Of a DNA stretch of 32,307 nucleotides, positions 1-10,014 are shown one piece after another. The notes beneath the pieces are model-generated. The model ran no database searches, had not been told where the DNA came from, and worked only from the letters and a program-made list of their open reading frames with translations. The stretch's first letter is position 1. Each line of letters begins with the position of its first letter. Source of the DNA: Priapulus caudatus (lineage: Eukaryota); the NCBI RefSeq assembly GCF_000485595.1, contig NW_014577086.1:635885-668191 (forward strand), read 5' to 3'. The translations under genes and the position numbers were made by a program.

Positions 1-191
1 GGTACGTTCCGGAAGTACCCTGGGGGACATAGACCCTATGAGCGTAACTGACAGTGAAGGTGCGGCTTTTGCATAGCAGAATGTGTCAAAATCTGTGCAC
101 AACACTTTACCGGTAAAAACGTTCTGATCGTTTATACTTGAGGAGGGCAGCATGCCTCAGGGATTGGAAATTTACAGCGTGTCTTCTGCAG

Positions 192-330
192 ATGGTGTTC
201 GTTTGCATCGAGGATTTTGTGAGGAGGCTCGACCCGATGACAAGCTACCTGAGATCACACACCTCATGTTCGTTGTACATGGGATCGGCCAGAAAATGGA
301 CACAAATCGCATCATCAAGAGTTGTAAAAC
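192..330 (+). CDS. DDHD1: DDHD1 exon (GVRLHRGFCEEARPDDKLPEITHLMFVVHGIGQKMDTNRIIKSCK)
   Basis: ttctgcag acceptor ends 191; gtgatt donor at 331 (phase 2); VVHGIG motif. Confidence 0.85.
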
Positions 331-3300
331 GTGATTAAATAAATGAATGACTAACACCTCATCAGCAGATCGGTGCATCATGTCACTTAATTAAGGTGGT
401 GATTAAAAACCAGGTGCTTCTTCATAGCTTCCTTTTCTGTATCATTTCTCCCTTAGAAGGTAAACGGAAGCTTCCTGGACTGATAAGCTTGTAAGCTTAT
501 CATGCATTTAATCTAGTGAATCTGAGCATTATCACAGTTGGACTTTTTCGATGTATATTTTTTAACTTTACTGCTAAAGTCAGTGTGCCATAAAAATGTG
601 ATTCAGTGATGCCATGATCGGCTTGTGTTCTTCAGGTTTCGACAATCGATCAACAAGCAGATGAATGAGAACTTTGGTCACATACTGCGCAACCACCAGA
701 GAGCAGAGTGCCTCCCTGTTGAGTGGAGGTCGTCCCTTAAGCTGGATGATGGTAATTTGTTCATTTAGAATGCTTGTAGAAAAATGCATATAAATTTTCA
801 AATGAATACCCATCATGTTCTTTTGTGTGACCAATTTGTGACATGCACCATGCTCAGGAACAATGGGAACAAAGCAGTGGTGTTTAGGAATGAATGCCTT
901 AATGTAACTCAAGGGTAAATAACAATATAATAATCCAAAATGGCATTATACCTTTATTGACACGGTATTCCTCCTAGAACTAATATTGCAATGAATGTAT
1001 AATGCTACAGAGTAATATCATTATCGATCTAACAGGGTTAATTGTTACTCAGCCGTGAAGATTGGAAATGTACAGCTTACCTTTCGCCTCCATCCAGGAG
1101 GCTTTCTCAAAGCTAACTGATGATTATCAGTTTTGACCAGCAGATGGTGTGGTGGTCAATAGCTTAGTCCACACGTGACTGAGCCTGTATCCCCCCTCGT
1201 CACGGTTGATGTTCGGGGTCTTGCAGATCCAGATGGTCTCCTTAATCCATCGCCTGATCTTGATTGGTTCGCGATCGATGATCTTCGAATTATCCCAATC
1301 GATGGTGTGATTGTCCTTCGCTACCTGGTCCGTGATCGCGGATTTGGTTATTTCGGTAGCCGACTGCTTTCGTTGGGCCCTTGTGAGCGATTTGGGTGCT
1401 ACGGTGTCTATGTCCTTTTTATGTTCTTTAAGGCAGGTTTCAAATTTTCGGCCGGTTTCTCCAAGTAACTTTTTTCACACATTGCACACGGTATCTTGTA
1501 GATACAGTCTGTAATGTTGTGCATAGCTGTTCTGTCCTTAGGGTGTACCAAAAGCCTTTTTAAGGCTGCTGACCCATTGTCCACCACATCATCTGGTGGT
1601 CAAAACTGATAATCATCAGTTAGCTTTGAGAAAGCCTCCTGGATGGAGGCGAAACATAAGCTATACGTTTCCAATCTTCAAGGTTAAGTAACAATTAACC
1701 CTGTTAGATCTATTAGTCTACCAACCGAATGAACTTATTTAATGAATATCATTATCCTAAAATATATACTAGCAACCATGCACTATCATAGAAATTAAGT
1801 CAGTTTCGAGCCTCACGTTCCTTCTGGTCAGAGTCTAAAACTTGCAGTATAATAGGCTAAATTCTGCCAGTAGACTTGGACTAATCTTGCGTGTACAGTT
1901 GTGGTACTTCTTCTGATGTGGTATTGTAGGTGTTGTCGAATCTGTCACTCTGCATAAGGTGCGAGGTCTAAGGGAACTCATGAACAGCACAGTGATGGAT
2001 GTAATGTACTACGACAGCCCACTATACCGGTCAGAGGTACGCATTCTACTGGGAATGAAATTCTGTCACCTTGTATTTTATGTTGAGAAAATCAAATCTG
2101 TTAAAATAAGTTGTCTATTAGGGTCACTCAGGGGGAATTCAAAGTGTCCATTACACGCCTACATTCTTTCTATATAGGTGCTTTCTCTGTATATATGCTA
2201 CTCGAGGAAACCAAGGTTAAAATGCCATTTTTAAACTGAAAATGCCGTGCACACAGTTAAGATATCTAAGTGAAAATGTTTCACTTTAGTACTTTATCCT
2301 AATATACCGTTGGTTACGTGTGCAGATCTCGGCATTTCACTTATTACAATATGTTGTTTCAGTTGGTACATGGCCTGCAGCGGGAGCTAAACAGACTGTA
2401 CGACATGTTCTGTCTGAGACATCCGTACTTTGAGGCTAGCGGTGGTAAAGTCTCTATTGTGGCTCACTCTCTCGGGGCAGTCATCACCTATGACATCATC
2501 ACTGGCTGGAACCCAGTGTGCCTGTATGACCAATATGTCAATGAGACACTGGTATGATGCCATTTTCCCAAGGTCTACTTCTGTTGGTTATTTAGAAACG
2601 AAGTTTTATAGACAAGCCAGTCAATGCTCGTGGGTTATGTAGAATACCACAATCCCGTATCTTGTGGTTAAAGTAGAATTATGAGTGTGCGGAAAACCCC
2701 AAACCTATACGGTACCCTAAAACATCCTGGGCCATCATGAGAACATGGATGCTTAGTTTGGTAGAAGTTGTTGCAAAATTGCAGGAGTTCATAAATAAAC
2801 AAGCACATAAATAAACTAACTCACCTCAGATTATAATATGACGGTATTAATAGGAGCCAAACCATATGATTTTTGATGCATTTTCCAAATATGAAAATTT
2901 TTTGCTGGAAATTGTAGTATAAACTTGACAAAGCAGTCAAATAATGCAATTTCTGTCGTAAGTTATTGTATGCCTGATTTTTAAAGGACGAGTGCATAAT
3001 AGATCTCGCTGAAGAAAAGAGGGGGCTGTATTATGAACTGGAGCGTGCACGAAAAAGGTAAATTATATGTAATATACACCCATTACTCTTAGATTAAGCT
3101 GAACTATATAATCAATATAATTGCATGGAATCGATTATATTGTATATTAGACATATAGTATATATGTATAGATATGTTTTTTGTGATTATATTCAATGGA
3201 ATTTCATAATGACATAGTTAACATAAAAAAAACATCTATTGAAATATAATATTGGTTCATATGGTATCCATTATTTAGGGTGAAAGAGTTAGAAGCCATA

Positions 3301-6171
3301 CTAGTCAGTGACAGTGGACCCACACTAAAGTTCAAGGTACAAGTACAGGACATACACTACATCTTTTTAAAACAGTAATTATCTAAGCATGTGTGAATGA
3401 ATGTGCACACATATGCATGCACATGCTTACTTGTGCATTTATGTTTCTGTTTCTGTTGTATAGTACGTTGCAGTATCCAAATTTGGCATTGAGGCAACGG
3501 GCTATAGCTAGCCATGGGGTGTGACCTAGCTTGGGTAAAGCCAGGTAGTTTAGCCTTTTTTTTAGCCGAAAGGCACTGAGGGTGGTCACAGCCAGTTTTT
3601 TTGCGCCCTCAGTGGTTTTTTTACGTCCCCATTGGCCTTAGTATTACTGGAGATGGGAGCACCATTTTACGTGGTCATCCGAGCCACGGGAGATTCAGTC
3701 TCCAATGTTGAGAGCCAGGTTTTTACACCTTGAGAAAATTTACTGACCCGGCCAGGGTTTTAACTCGCAGCCTTCAGTGGACAGTGTAGGAGGCCTAACC
3801 ACTGGGCCACGGAGGCTCTCATTGCATTTGTGCCCGTCTGCTTGATTGCAATGAGCGCATGGATGGGAACGTATCAGTGCATAGGTGGGCATGTACATTG
3901 CTATGTGCATTCGTGCTTGTCTGTCCCCGCATCGTTGGGTTTTACTGTTACAATGGTGTTTCAGCTGGACAATCTTTTCTTACTCGGGTCTCCACTGCCC
4001 GTGTTTCTGGCTCTTAGAGGAATGCAGCCAAGGGATGGCAACACACTTAAGGACATTCTACCTTCCTCTATTTGCAAGAGGATATTCAACATTTATCACC
4101 CTTTTGACCCAGTGGTAAGGAAGTATGAAGGGTAATGTTAATTATCAAACAATCTGACTGCTGTCAAATCAATTGTTTTGTTGCAATTCTGACATCATTA
4201 GTGAAGAAAAAAACTCCCTATGTGAGGTGCACATTAGGCTAACCATTACCTCTATAATGTAACTGTCTGTCTATTGTATGCATTATGACTCACCCTATTC
4301 ATATACAACAACCCCAATGGGGCCCGGAAGCGATTATATAACACACATATGCCACATTACTAGGTGCACTACATACACATATATATATATATACTATGCT
4401 ATTACTATACACTATAAATGCTATATCACATATATACTATATCTATACTGTACTACACGTAAGAAGTTCTGTTCTGTTGTACACCAGCAGTGCTTAATAA
4501 CTGGCAACACCGGAAGTTTTAAGGATACACAAAATTTTCATCGATTTTTCATTTTCATTCTAATTCGATGGCTATCACTAGGTGCCGCCTCTGTACTTGC
4601 TTATTTCTCTATATACCGATGCATGTAAACTTTCGGAGCATTTTTATTGCCTGCGTACGTGTGTAGCGAGCCATGGCCATTTAAACACACATTTACTGAT
4701 GACATCAGAGACATGATCCCACCAGCCTCTGTTCACGGTATTCATTATGCCATTATCTATCAGCCTCAACCTTTCTTATAGCCGTCAACTGCCATTGATG
4801 GTTGAAATTTCCGCGCGGTCAAAAATAGCATTTATACCTTGTTACGCAGCCCGGGTTTGTTGACACGTAAATATAATTAGGTGCTAGAAATTTCGTGAAA
4901 TTTTTCGGCTCGAGCATAGATCTACATCTCATCTGTGAATAAAACGTGATTGATTTAATTAATTGGTCAATAAATGGTCTTTATCAGAACAATACCCATG
5001 CAAAAGCTTGAGTGTATCCTTAAGTATGTATTTTGCTGTGTATTAACTGGTGAATGTCACACCATAATTGGTTTATGTAATGTGCATAGAAAGTATGTAT
5101 TATATTTGATCTCATATGATTTCTTAGCATAATTTGGTTGCACTTGCCTGCTCCCATATAAGCAGTAAGCTAGTTCTTCCAGCTACAAACTATTTTTAGG
5201 CATACAGAATGGAACCATTGCTATTGAAACACTATGAGTCTATACACCCAGTGACCATACACAAAGCAGATGTTACAAGTAGGACACCATATGAAGATCT
5301 GAAGACCGAGCTCATTCAATCTACTAAAATCAGCGAGCGTGATAAGGTTTATGCTACAACATCGCCATCTGGTGAAAGCACCTCGGGAGGTAATGCTCCT
5401 GTTGGACTGTCGAGGAAGTACCAGCAGGCTTCATATGGTAAGTGCACCGTACATGTTTCATCAATGTTGAGTGCATTGTACATATTGCATTGTATGGTGA
5501 GTGCATTGTACGTGTTTCTTCATATAGTCCAGTAGTCAGTGACTCAGTGCAGGTACACTTGGCATAAGATTATGCACATGGAATGCGATCAATCAGCATA
5601 TGATCATTAAAATTCTCTATTTTAAATTTTAAATTTCTTTAGGTTAAAAATTCTCAAATATTTGAGCAGATAGGCCTATTGTGTGTGAATGCAGTTTGCT
5701 CAAATTTGTTGCAAAGAATGGATGCAGTCACTTTCTGTACAGTATGCACCTACCTTGCACATTCCATCCTTGTGATTCACTATCGAAAAAGCAATGGGTT
5801 TTGCTACATTAACAGCATCAACGTTTGCGGACCTGGTGTGGTCCAAGTGGGGTGGCAGCCACAAAGCCACCAAGTTCAACGAGGAACTGAAAGCTCTCCA
5901 TAAGATGGTAAGCTCGGATGATGACACTAGAAGCAGCACCTCTGCGAAATACCACAACATCGATCCAACAGATCTGGAGTACAGAATCGACTATGTCCTT
6001 CGCGAAGGGAGCTTGGAAAGCCAATACATATCAGCCATCACGTCACACGCGTCTTATTGGGCTTCACCCGACGTGTCGCTGTTTATATTGACGCATTTGT
6101 TTCCAGAAGACACACAGACAGAACCGAAATACATGTCAAAAGACAGCAATGGTGCAGCAGCACACGCATGA
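192..6171 (+). CDS. DDHD1: Phospholipase DDHD1-like (PA-preferring intracellular PLA1), 3' part; exons 192-330, 636-751, 1930-2036, 2363-2551, 2987-3057, 3279-3336, 3965-4114, 5200-5437, 5816-6171; 5' exons lie upstream of the window
   Basis: All introns are GT-AG and phases join into one frame. Motifs in DDHD1 order: LHRG..THLMFVVHGIGQKMD, LPVEWRSSL, MDVMYYDSPLYR, lipase AHSLG, LKFK-LGSPL, FNIYHPFDPVAYRMEPL, RIDYVLREG..AITSHASYWAS.DVSLFIL. Confidence 0.93.
636..751 (+). CDS. DDHD1: DDHD1 exon (FRQSINKQMNENFGHILRNHQRAECLPVEWRSSLKLDD)
   Basis: ttcttcag acceptor, gtaatt donor, LPVEWR motif; not in the ORF track. Confidence 0.88.
1070..1117 (-). ncRNA. Minimal type I hammerhead ribozyme motif (stem III mutated)
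   Basis: rc: gttagct TTGAGAA a gcctcc-tggat-ggaggc GAAAg GTA agctgtac. Confidence 0.6.
1619..1666 (+). ncRNA. Minimal type I hammerhead ribozyme motif (stem III mutated)
   Basis: gttagct TTGAGAA a gcctcc-tggat-ggaggc GAAAc ATA agctatac. Confidence 0.6.
1930..2036 (+). CDS. DDHD1: DDHD1 exon (VVESVTLHKVRGLRELMNSTVMDVMYYDSPLYRSE)
   Basis: ttgtag acceptor, gtacgc donor, D.MYY.SPLYR motif. Confidence 0.9.
2363..2551 (+). CDS. DDHD1: DDHD1 exon with catalytic serine motif AHSLG
   Basis: tttcag acceptor, gtatga donor; ELNRLY..F...P.FE..GGKVSIVAHSLG.VITYDI.TGWNP. Confidence 0.92.
2987..3057 (+). CDS. DDHD1: DDHD1 small exon (DECIIDLAEEKRGLYYELERARK)
   Basis: ttttaaag acceptor, gtaaat donor; phase 0 in and phase 2 out fits both neighbours. 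Confidence 0.75.
3279..3336 (+). CDS. DDHD1: DDHD1 small exon (VKELEAILVSDSGPTLKFK)
   Basis: atttag acceptor, gtacaa donor; P.LKFK precedes the DDHD domain in this family. Confidence 0.82.
3556..3820 (-). mobile_element. tRNA-derived SINE with Deu/Nin-like central domain
   Basis: rc has A box TGGCCCAGTGG, degenerate B box GAGTTAAAACC, central cggatgaccacgtaaaa...ggacgtaaaaaaacc resembling the Deu/Nin core, a 3' hairpin cactgaggg/ccctcagtg and an oligo-A tail. Confidence 0.75.
3965..4114 (+). CDS. DDHD1: DDHD1 exon, start of DDHD domain
   Basis: tttcag / gtaagg; LDNLFLLGSPLPVFLALRG...CKRIFNIYHPFDPV. Confidence 0.92.
4523..5019. mobile_element. Non-autonomous DNA transposon, Kolobok-like
   Basis: ttaa|ggatacac ... 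gtgtatcc|ttaa: short TIR starting GG with a TTAA duplication; no coding capacity. Confidence 0.6.
5200..5437 (+). CDS. DDHD1: DDHD1 exon (AYRMEPLLLKHYESIHPVTIH...)
   Basis: tttttag / gtaagt; AYR.EPL motif. Confidence 0.88.
5816..6171 (+). CDS. DDHD1: DDHD1 terminal exon
   Basis: aacag acceptor in phase 1 matches the previous donor; RIDYVLREG...SHASYWAS; TGA 6169-6171. Confidence 0.87.
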
Positions 6172-6671
6172 CTGTAGCACGCGTAGTAATGCCTGTGGGG
6201 GTTCAGCTGAGCTCAAGTCAATTAGCAGTCACAGGAACAGTGATTTGCTTATTCCTGTCATATATATATATACTTCATATTAAACTCATATCCAACAGTC
6301 CTACAATAAGGAAATTGTAGCACTGCATGCAGCACAATCAGCAGTATCACGTTTTGATTAGGATTGTATTGTGATGTATTAACTCAACATAGGTATGGTT
6401 ATGATTGACAATATCAGTTTTATGTCAGAACCAAATTCCTGTCCATGTAGAAGAGCTGTATATATATATATATATATGAAATAATAATCAGTTTATGATC
6501 AGTTACAATTTCAACCAAACAACTATTAAGAGCCTAGGAATGGTAACACCAGATTAGCTAGCATTTTTAGAACACTAAGAAGTATTCTATATTATTTCTA
6601 TACTGTTGTAAATTACGTAATGTACGCTGTTGACCATTGCTATTCATACAGCAATTAGCATATTGCAAAAA

Positions 6672-6750
6672 GCATTTATTTTTACCATTATGAGCCATCT
6701 TATTTTTACCATTAGCATTTATTTTTACCATTATGAGCCATCTTTTAGCC
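6672..6750. repeat. Short tandem duplication (~44 bp unit) in DDHD1 3' flank
   Basis: gcatttatttttaccattatgagccatctt occurs twice. Confidence 0.7.
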
Positions 6751-6961
6751 AACAGCAGTTTTAATTAAATTAATTGCACGTGTAACATGACGGTTAGTTG
6801 AGATCAAGTGTCGTGTCTTTGTAAATTAGATGAAGCCATCTCACCAAAATTTAGCGTGCACGATAGTTTCAAGCATGAAAATATACTTTATAGTGATTAT
6901 TTGCAGACATTTTGTCAAAATTACCAGCAGAATCGGCCAGTATTTGCTATCTCGAATGGGG

Positions 6962-7746
6962 TCTTCCTCTTCTTCTCGGGCCACTACACTACACTCGGCC
7001 CAGCCACTGCAGCACACAGGACTTGGCACGGTGGTTGAAAGCCTCAAGGTCTTTAGGGCTACATGGCTCTGGAATAGGGGGCATTTCAGGAGATGTCCCA
7101 TAGTCTGGTCCTTCCCGCAGTCGCATTCGGTTGGGCCATCTTCAGTGTATCCCCATTTCTGCATGAGTGCCCTAGATCAACCAAACCCTGTCCTGAGGCG
7201 ATTTAGGCATAACCACGTCGGACATACCTCGTTGGCTCCGGGTGGGAGGGATTCCTGGGGTCTGAGTGAAAGCTTATGTTGGCTTGCCTGAAGATGCTTT
7301 GACCATTGGGCAATCCTGTAGTTTTGGAGGTTGCCATCCAGGGGTTGAACTGCGTGGATGAAACTGTGCCTGGACTTTAGTCTCTTCTTTACTGTTTCAT
7401 GCTGGAAGAGGGGGTGGCGAGGGTCATTTTCTTGGTTAAGTTTCTCTACTTGGGATGAAGCCATTCGTCTAACGTGTGGAGGAGCAATGCCACAGAGCAG
7501 GCAGAGGTCATCTACGTTGGTTGGTCTCAAGCATCCAGAAATGGCTCTGCAGGCAATGTTCAGAACTGGGTCAATTTTTACAGCATGGGGCGACCTACTC
7601 CAGACAGGGCACGCATACTCAGCCGCAGAGTAGCACAGGGCGATAGCAGTGGTTCTGATTGTCCCGGCGTCTGTTCCCCATTTAGTATTTGCCAACTTCT
7701 TTAGAATACTGTTTCTGGCACCCACTTTGGCCTTTGTCTTGATGCA
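6962..7746 (-). mobile_element. 5'-truncated non-LTR retrotransposon, Vingi/Ingi-like (RT thumb region + C-terminal CCHC finger), pseudogenised
   Basis: RNSILKKLANTKWG..TIRTTAIALCYSAAEYACPVW..GIAPPHVRR..WLCLNRLRTG; in-frame TGA 7177-7179; then CDCG..QTMGHLLKCP; no RNase H; (GAA)n-like tail at 6962-6976. Confidence 0.85.
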
Positions 7747-8187
7747 CTAGTAAATGGACTAAACACAGGGTACACGTGTTTATAAACAACTAAATGGTAA
7801 AAAAACGTGACAGACTATAATGGACCAAATTAGGAACGAAATTAGAGTTCATGTAAAATACAGGGACAACCACATACTTAACACAGCCAAACTCAGACTG
7901 CAAATGGTGCACATGCTTCATAGTTTGGGGATTTCATTGCAATTTTAGTGAGTATGGCAGCCGTAAAATACTAACAGCAGCTTTTAAAATTGTTGAGCAT
8001 ATGTTATTAACTCCTGATGAATGTCTTATATGTGGGTGCACCTAGGAATATGTCGTTCAGCTTTTGTATTTAGTATGTCAGACTTCTGTCTGGTTTCACC
8101 AGCAACAACACACATCTGTTCACAAATTTTCTTGCCCGATACAAAATGAGATATCAAGTGTATTTAACTGTGAATAATAAATACATT

Positions 8188-8985
8188 ATAAATAACAGGG
8201 TTAATTTTTACTCAACCGTGAAAGTTTGAAACGTACCGCTGACGTTTCGCCTCCTGCCAGGAGGCTTTCTCAAAGCAAACTGATGATAATCAGTTTTGAC
8301 CACCAGATGGTGTGGTGGTCAATAGCTTAGTCCACACGTGACTAAGCCTGTATCCCCCCTCGTCCCGGTTGATGTTTGGGGTCTTGCGGATCCAGATAAC
8401 CTCCTTAATCCAACGCCTGATTTTGATTGGCTCGCGATCGATGATCTTCGAATTCTCCCAATCGATGGTGTGATTGTCTTTCGCTATGTGGTCAGTGATC
8501 GCGGATTTGGTGATTTTGGTAGCCGACTGTTTTCGTTGGGCCCTTGTGAAGGATTTGGGTGCTACGGTGTCTACGTCCTTTTTGTGTTCTTTTAGGCGGG
8601 TTTCAAATTTTCGGCCGGTTTCTCCACATTCCTTCAATTCCACACTCTTTTTCCACACATTGCACACGGTATCTTGTAGACAGTCTGTAATGTTGTGCAT
8701 ATCTGTTCTGTCCTTAGGGTGTATCAAAAGTCGTTTCAGGGTCTCAAACGGTCTAACTGTTGAAGCCACACCTGCATTTTTTAGGTGACGCTGAACTACG
8801 TCCGTGACGCCTCAGACATAGGGTAGGACAATCATCGCCTTCGGTTTCTCCGTGGAGGTTTTCTTTTGGGATGTTGTTTTTTCACGTAACGTCAGCGGTA
8901 CGTTTCAAACTTTCACGGTTGAGTAAAAATTAACGCTGTCAGTGTTATTTATATTAGTCTACCAACCGAATGAACTTATTTAATG
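8188..8985 (-). mobile_element. Truncated Penelope-like retroelement (linker + GIY-YIG endonuclease) with inverted pLTR
   Basis: IVLPYV*GVTD..LIHPKD..YKIPC..GETGRKFETRLKEH..SAITDH..WIKEVIWIRK..NRDEG; inverted arm 8888-8952; 33-nt tail 8953-8985; TSD aataaatacatt at 8176-8187 and 8986-8997. Confidence 0.93.
8233..8280 (-). ncRNA. Minimal type I hammerhead ribozyme, best-preserved copy
   Basis: rc: gtttgct TTGAGAA a gcctcct-ggc-aggaggc GAAAC GTC agcggtac; ~10 nt downstream of the GIY-YIG stop, sense strand. Confidence 0.75.
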
Positions 8986-9833
8986 AATAAATACATTGTT
9001 ACAACCTGAAAATATATACATTGTGTATGGTTTATGCTTGCTAGCTCACAGTTTTAAACGCTTTGTCACAGCCGCTCACACATATACCTGTAAATGACAG
9101 ACTGGCAATTACTAGTTTACACAGATTAATAGCTGGCTGCATCGCTCCATGCTGGTAGACAATGTGTTCCAGATGTCATATGCCTGCACCTAGGTGTAAG
9201 CTTTGCATTGGATTTTTTGCATTGGATGCTTTGGCAACAACTGAGGTTAAACTGCTAGAGCGGCTGCATCTGTCATCTTTCAGCTGCGTCAAACGCTCCT
9301 GCTGTTGGTATAGTGTAGGCTGCCGTGCTCGAATGTTTGTGGTAGAATCCACAAACTATAAACGTTATGAACACGTGCACTCAAGGCTAAACAATTTTTT
9401 TAATTGTTCAGCCAGACTATTTGCGTCCGCGACCAGCCTGTGTTTAGTACTTGGTTGTACGTGTGTACGTGGCAGCCCGTGTGTTTTACAATGGACTGTA
9501 ATTGGGTGCTATTCTGGAAAGTTATAGTCTGTGGCTATCTCGCATTTTGCTTCATTTAGGTATTTATTCTATTTCATAGTGTACTTATTCTCATACCACT
9601 TGGTAAAAGATTAAGGAATCTAAATAAAACTAGTAATCTGTGTTACTGGCCGATGGTCGTATGTGGGCCATATTTCTATGCAGGCATGTCGGTGCACAAT
9701 CGATGTAAGCATGCACAAGTAAAGCTGTGGTTCATAGATTTGCCACATCTTTCCCACTTTCATTTAAACTAGAAAATGTAGGCGTTAATGAATACGTTCA
9801 CGTGTACTTTTGATGACAACGTATAAAAGCTTA

Positions 9834-9839
9834 TTTATT
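9834..9839 (-). promoter_or_regulatory. Candidate C1D polyadenylation signal AATAAA
   Basis: tttatt on + strand just downstream of the predicted stop. Confidence 0.5.
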
Positions 9840-9913
9840 TACAAAATAAATTGCACAATTTTTCACGAACGAAAAGAAGTGTAATTTGCTTTAAGTAATG
9901 TGTTTAATGAGCG

Positions 9914-10014
9914 TTAACTCGTTTTCATGCTGTCATCTTGTCGTTGTTTCTTGCTTGATTGTTGCATATTATCTGCCAAACTTCTCTTTGCCTGAGATGT
10001 ATTCCTACCATTAC
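9914..10014 (-). CDS. C1D: C1D probable terminal exon ([33 protein letters not shown])
   Basis: atgcag acceptor in the matching phase, open to TAA; AATAAA ~75 nt downstream. Confidence 0.65.

Larger units (their letters stand above)
1026..1744 (-). mobile_element. Truncated Penelope-like retroelement (GIY-YIG endonuclease 3' end) with inverted pLTR, in a DDHD1 intron
   Basis: Minus strand reads HPKDR..DCIYKIPCAMCEKSY-GETGRKFET..INRDEGGYRLSHVW (frameshifted). Inverted arms 1026-~1160 and ~1577-1710; 34-nt tail 1711-1744; TSD aatatcattatc at 1014-1025 and 1745-1756. Confidence 0.92.

Noticed and set aside
3740..3820. tRNA gene
   Set aside because: Degenerate B box, no clean cloverleaf, continuous with the SINE body.
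7177..7179. In-frame TGA as selenocysteine or readthrough
   Set aside because: Most simply CGA-to-TGA decay in a truncated LINE that also has a downstream frameshift.
9162..9527. 121-aa ORF between the two genes
   Set aside because: No motif or convincing splice context on either strand.
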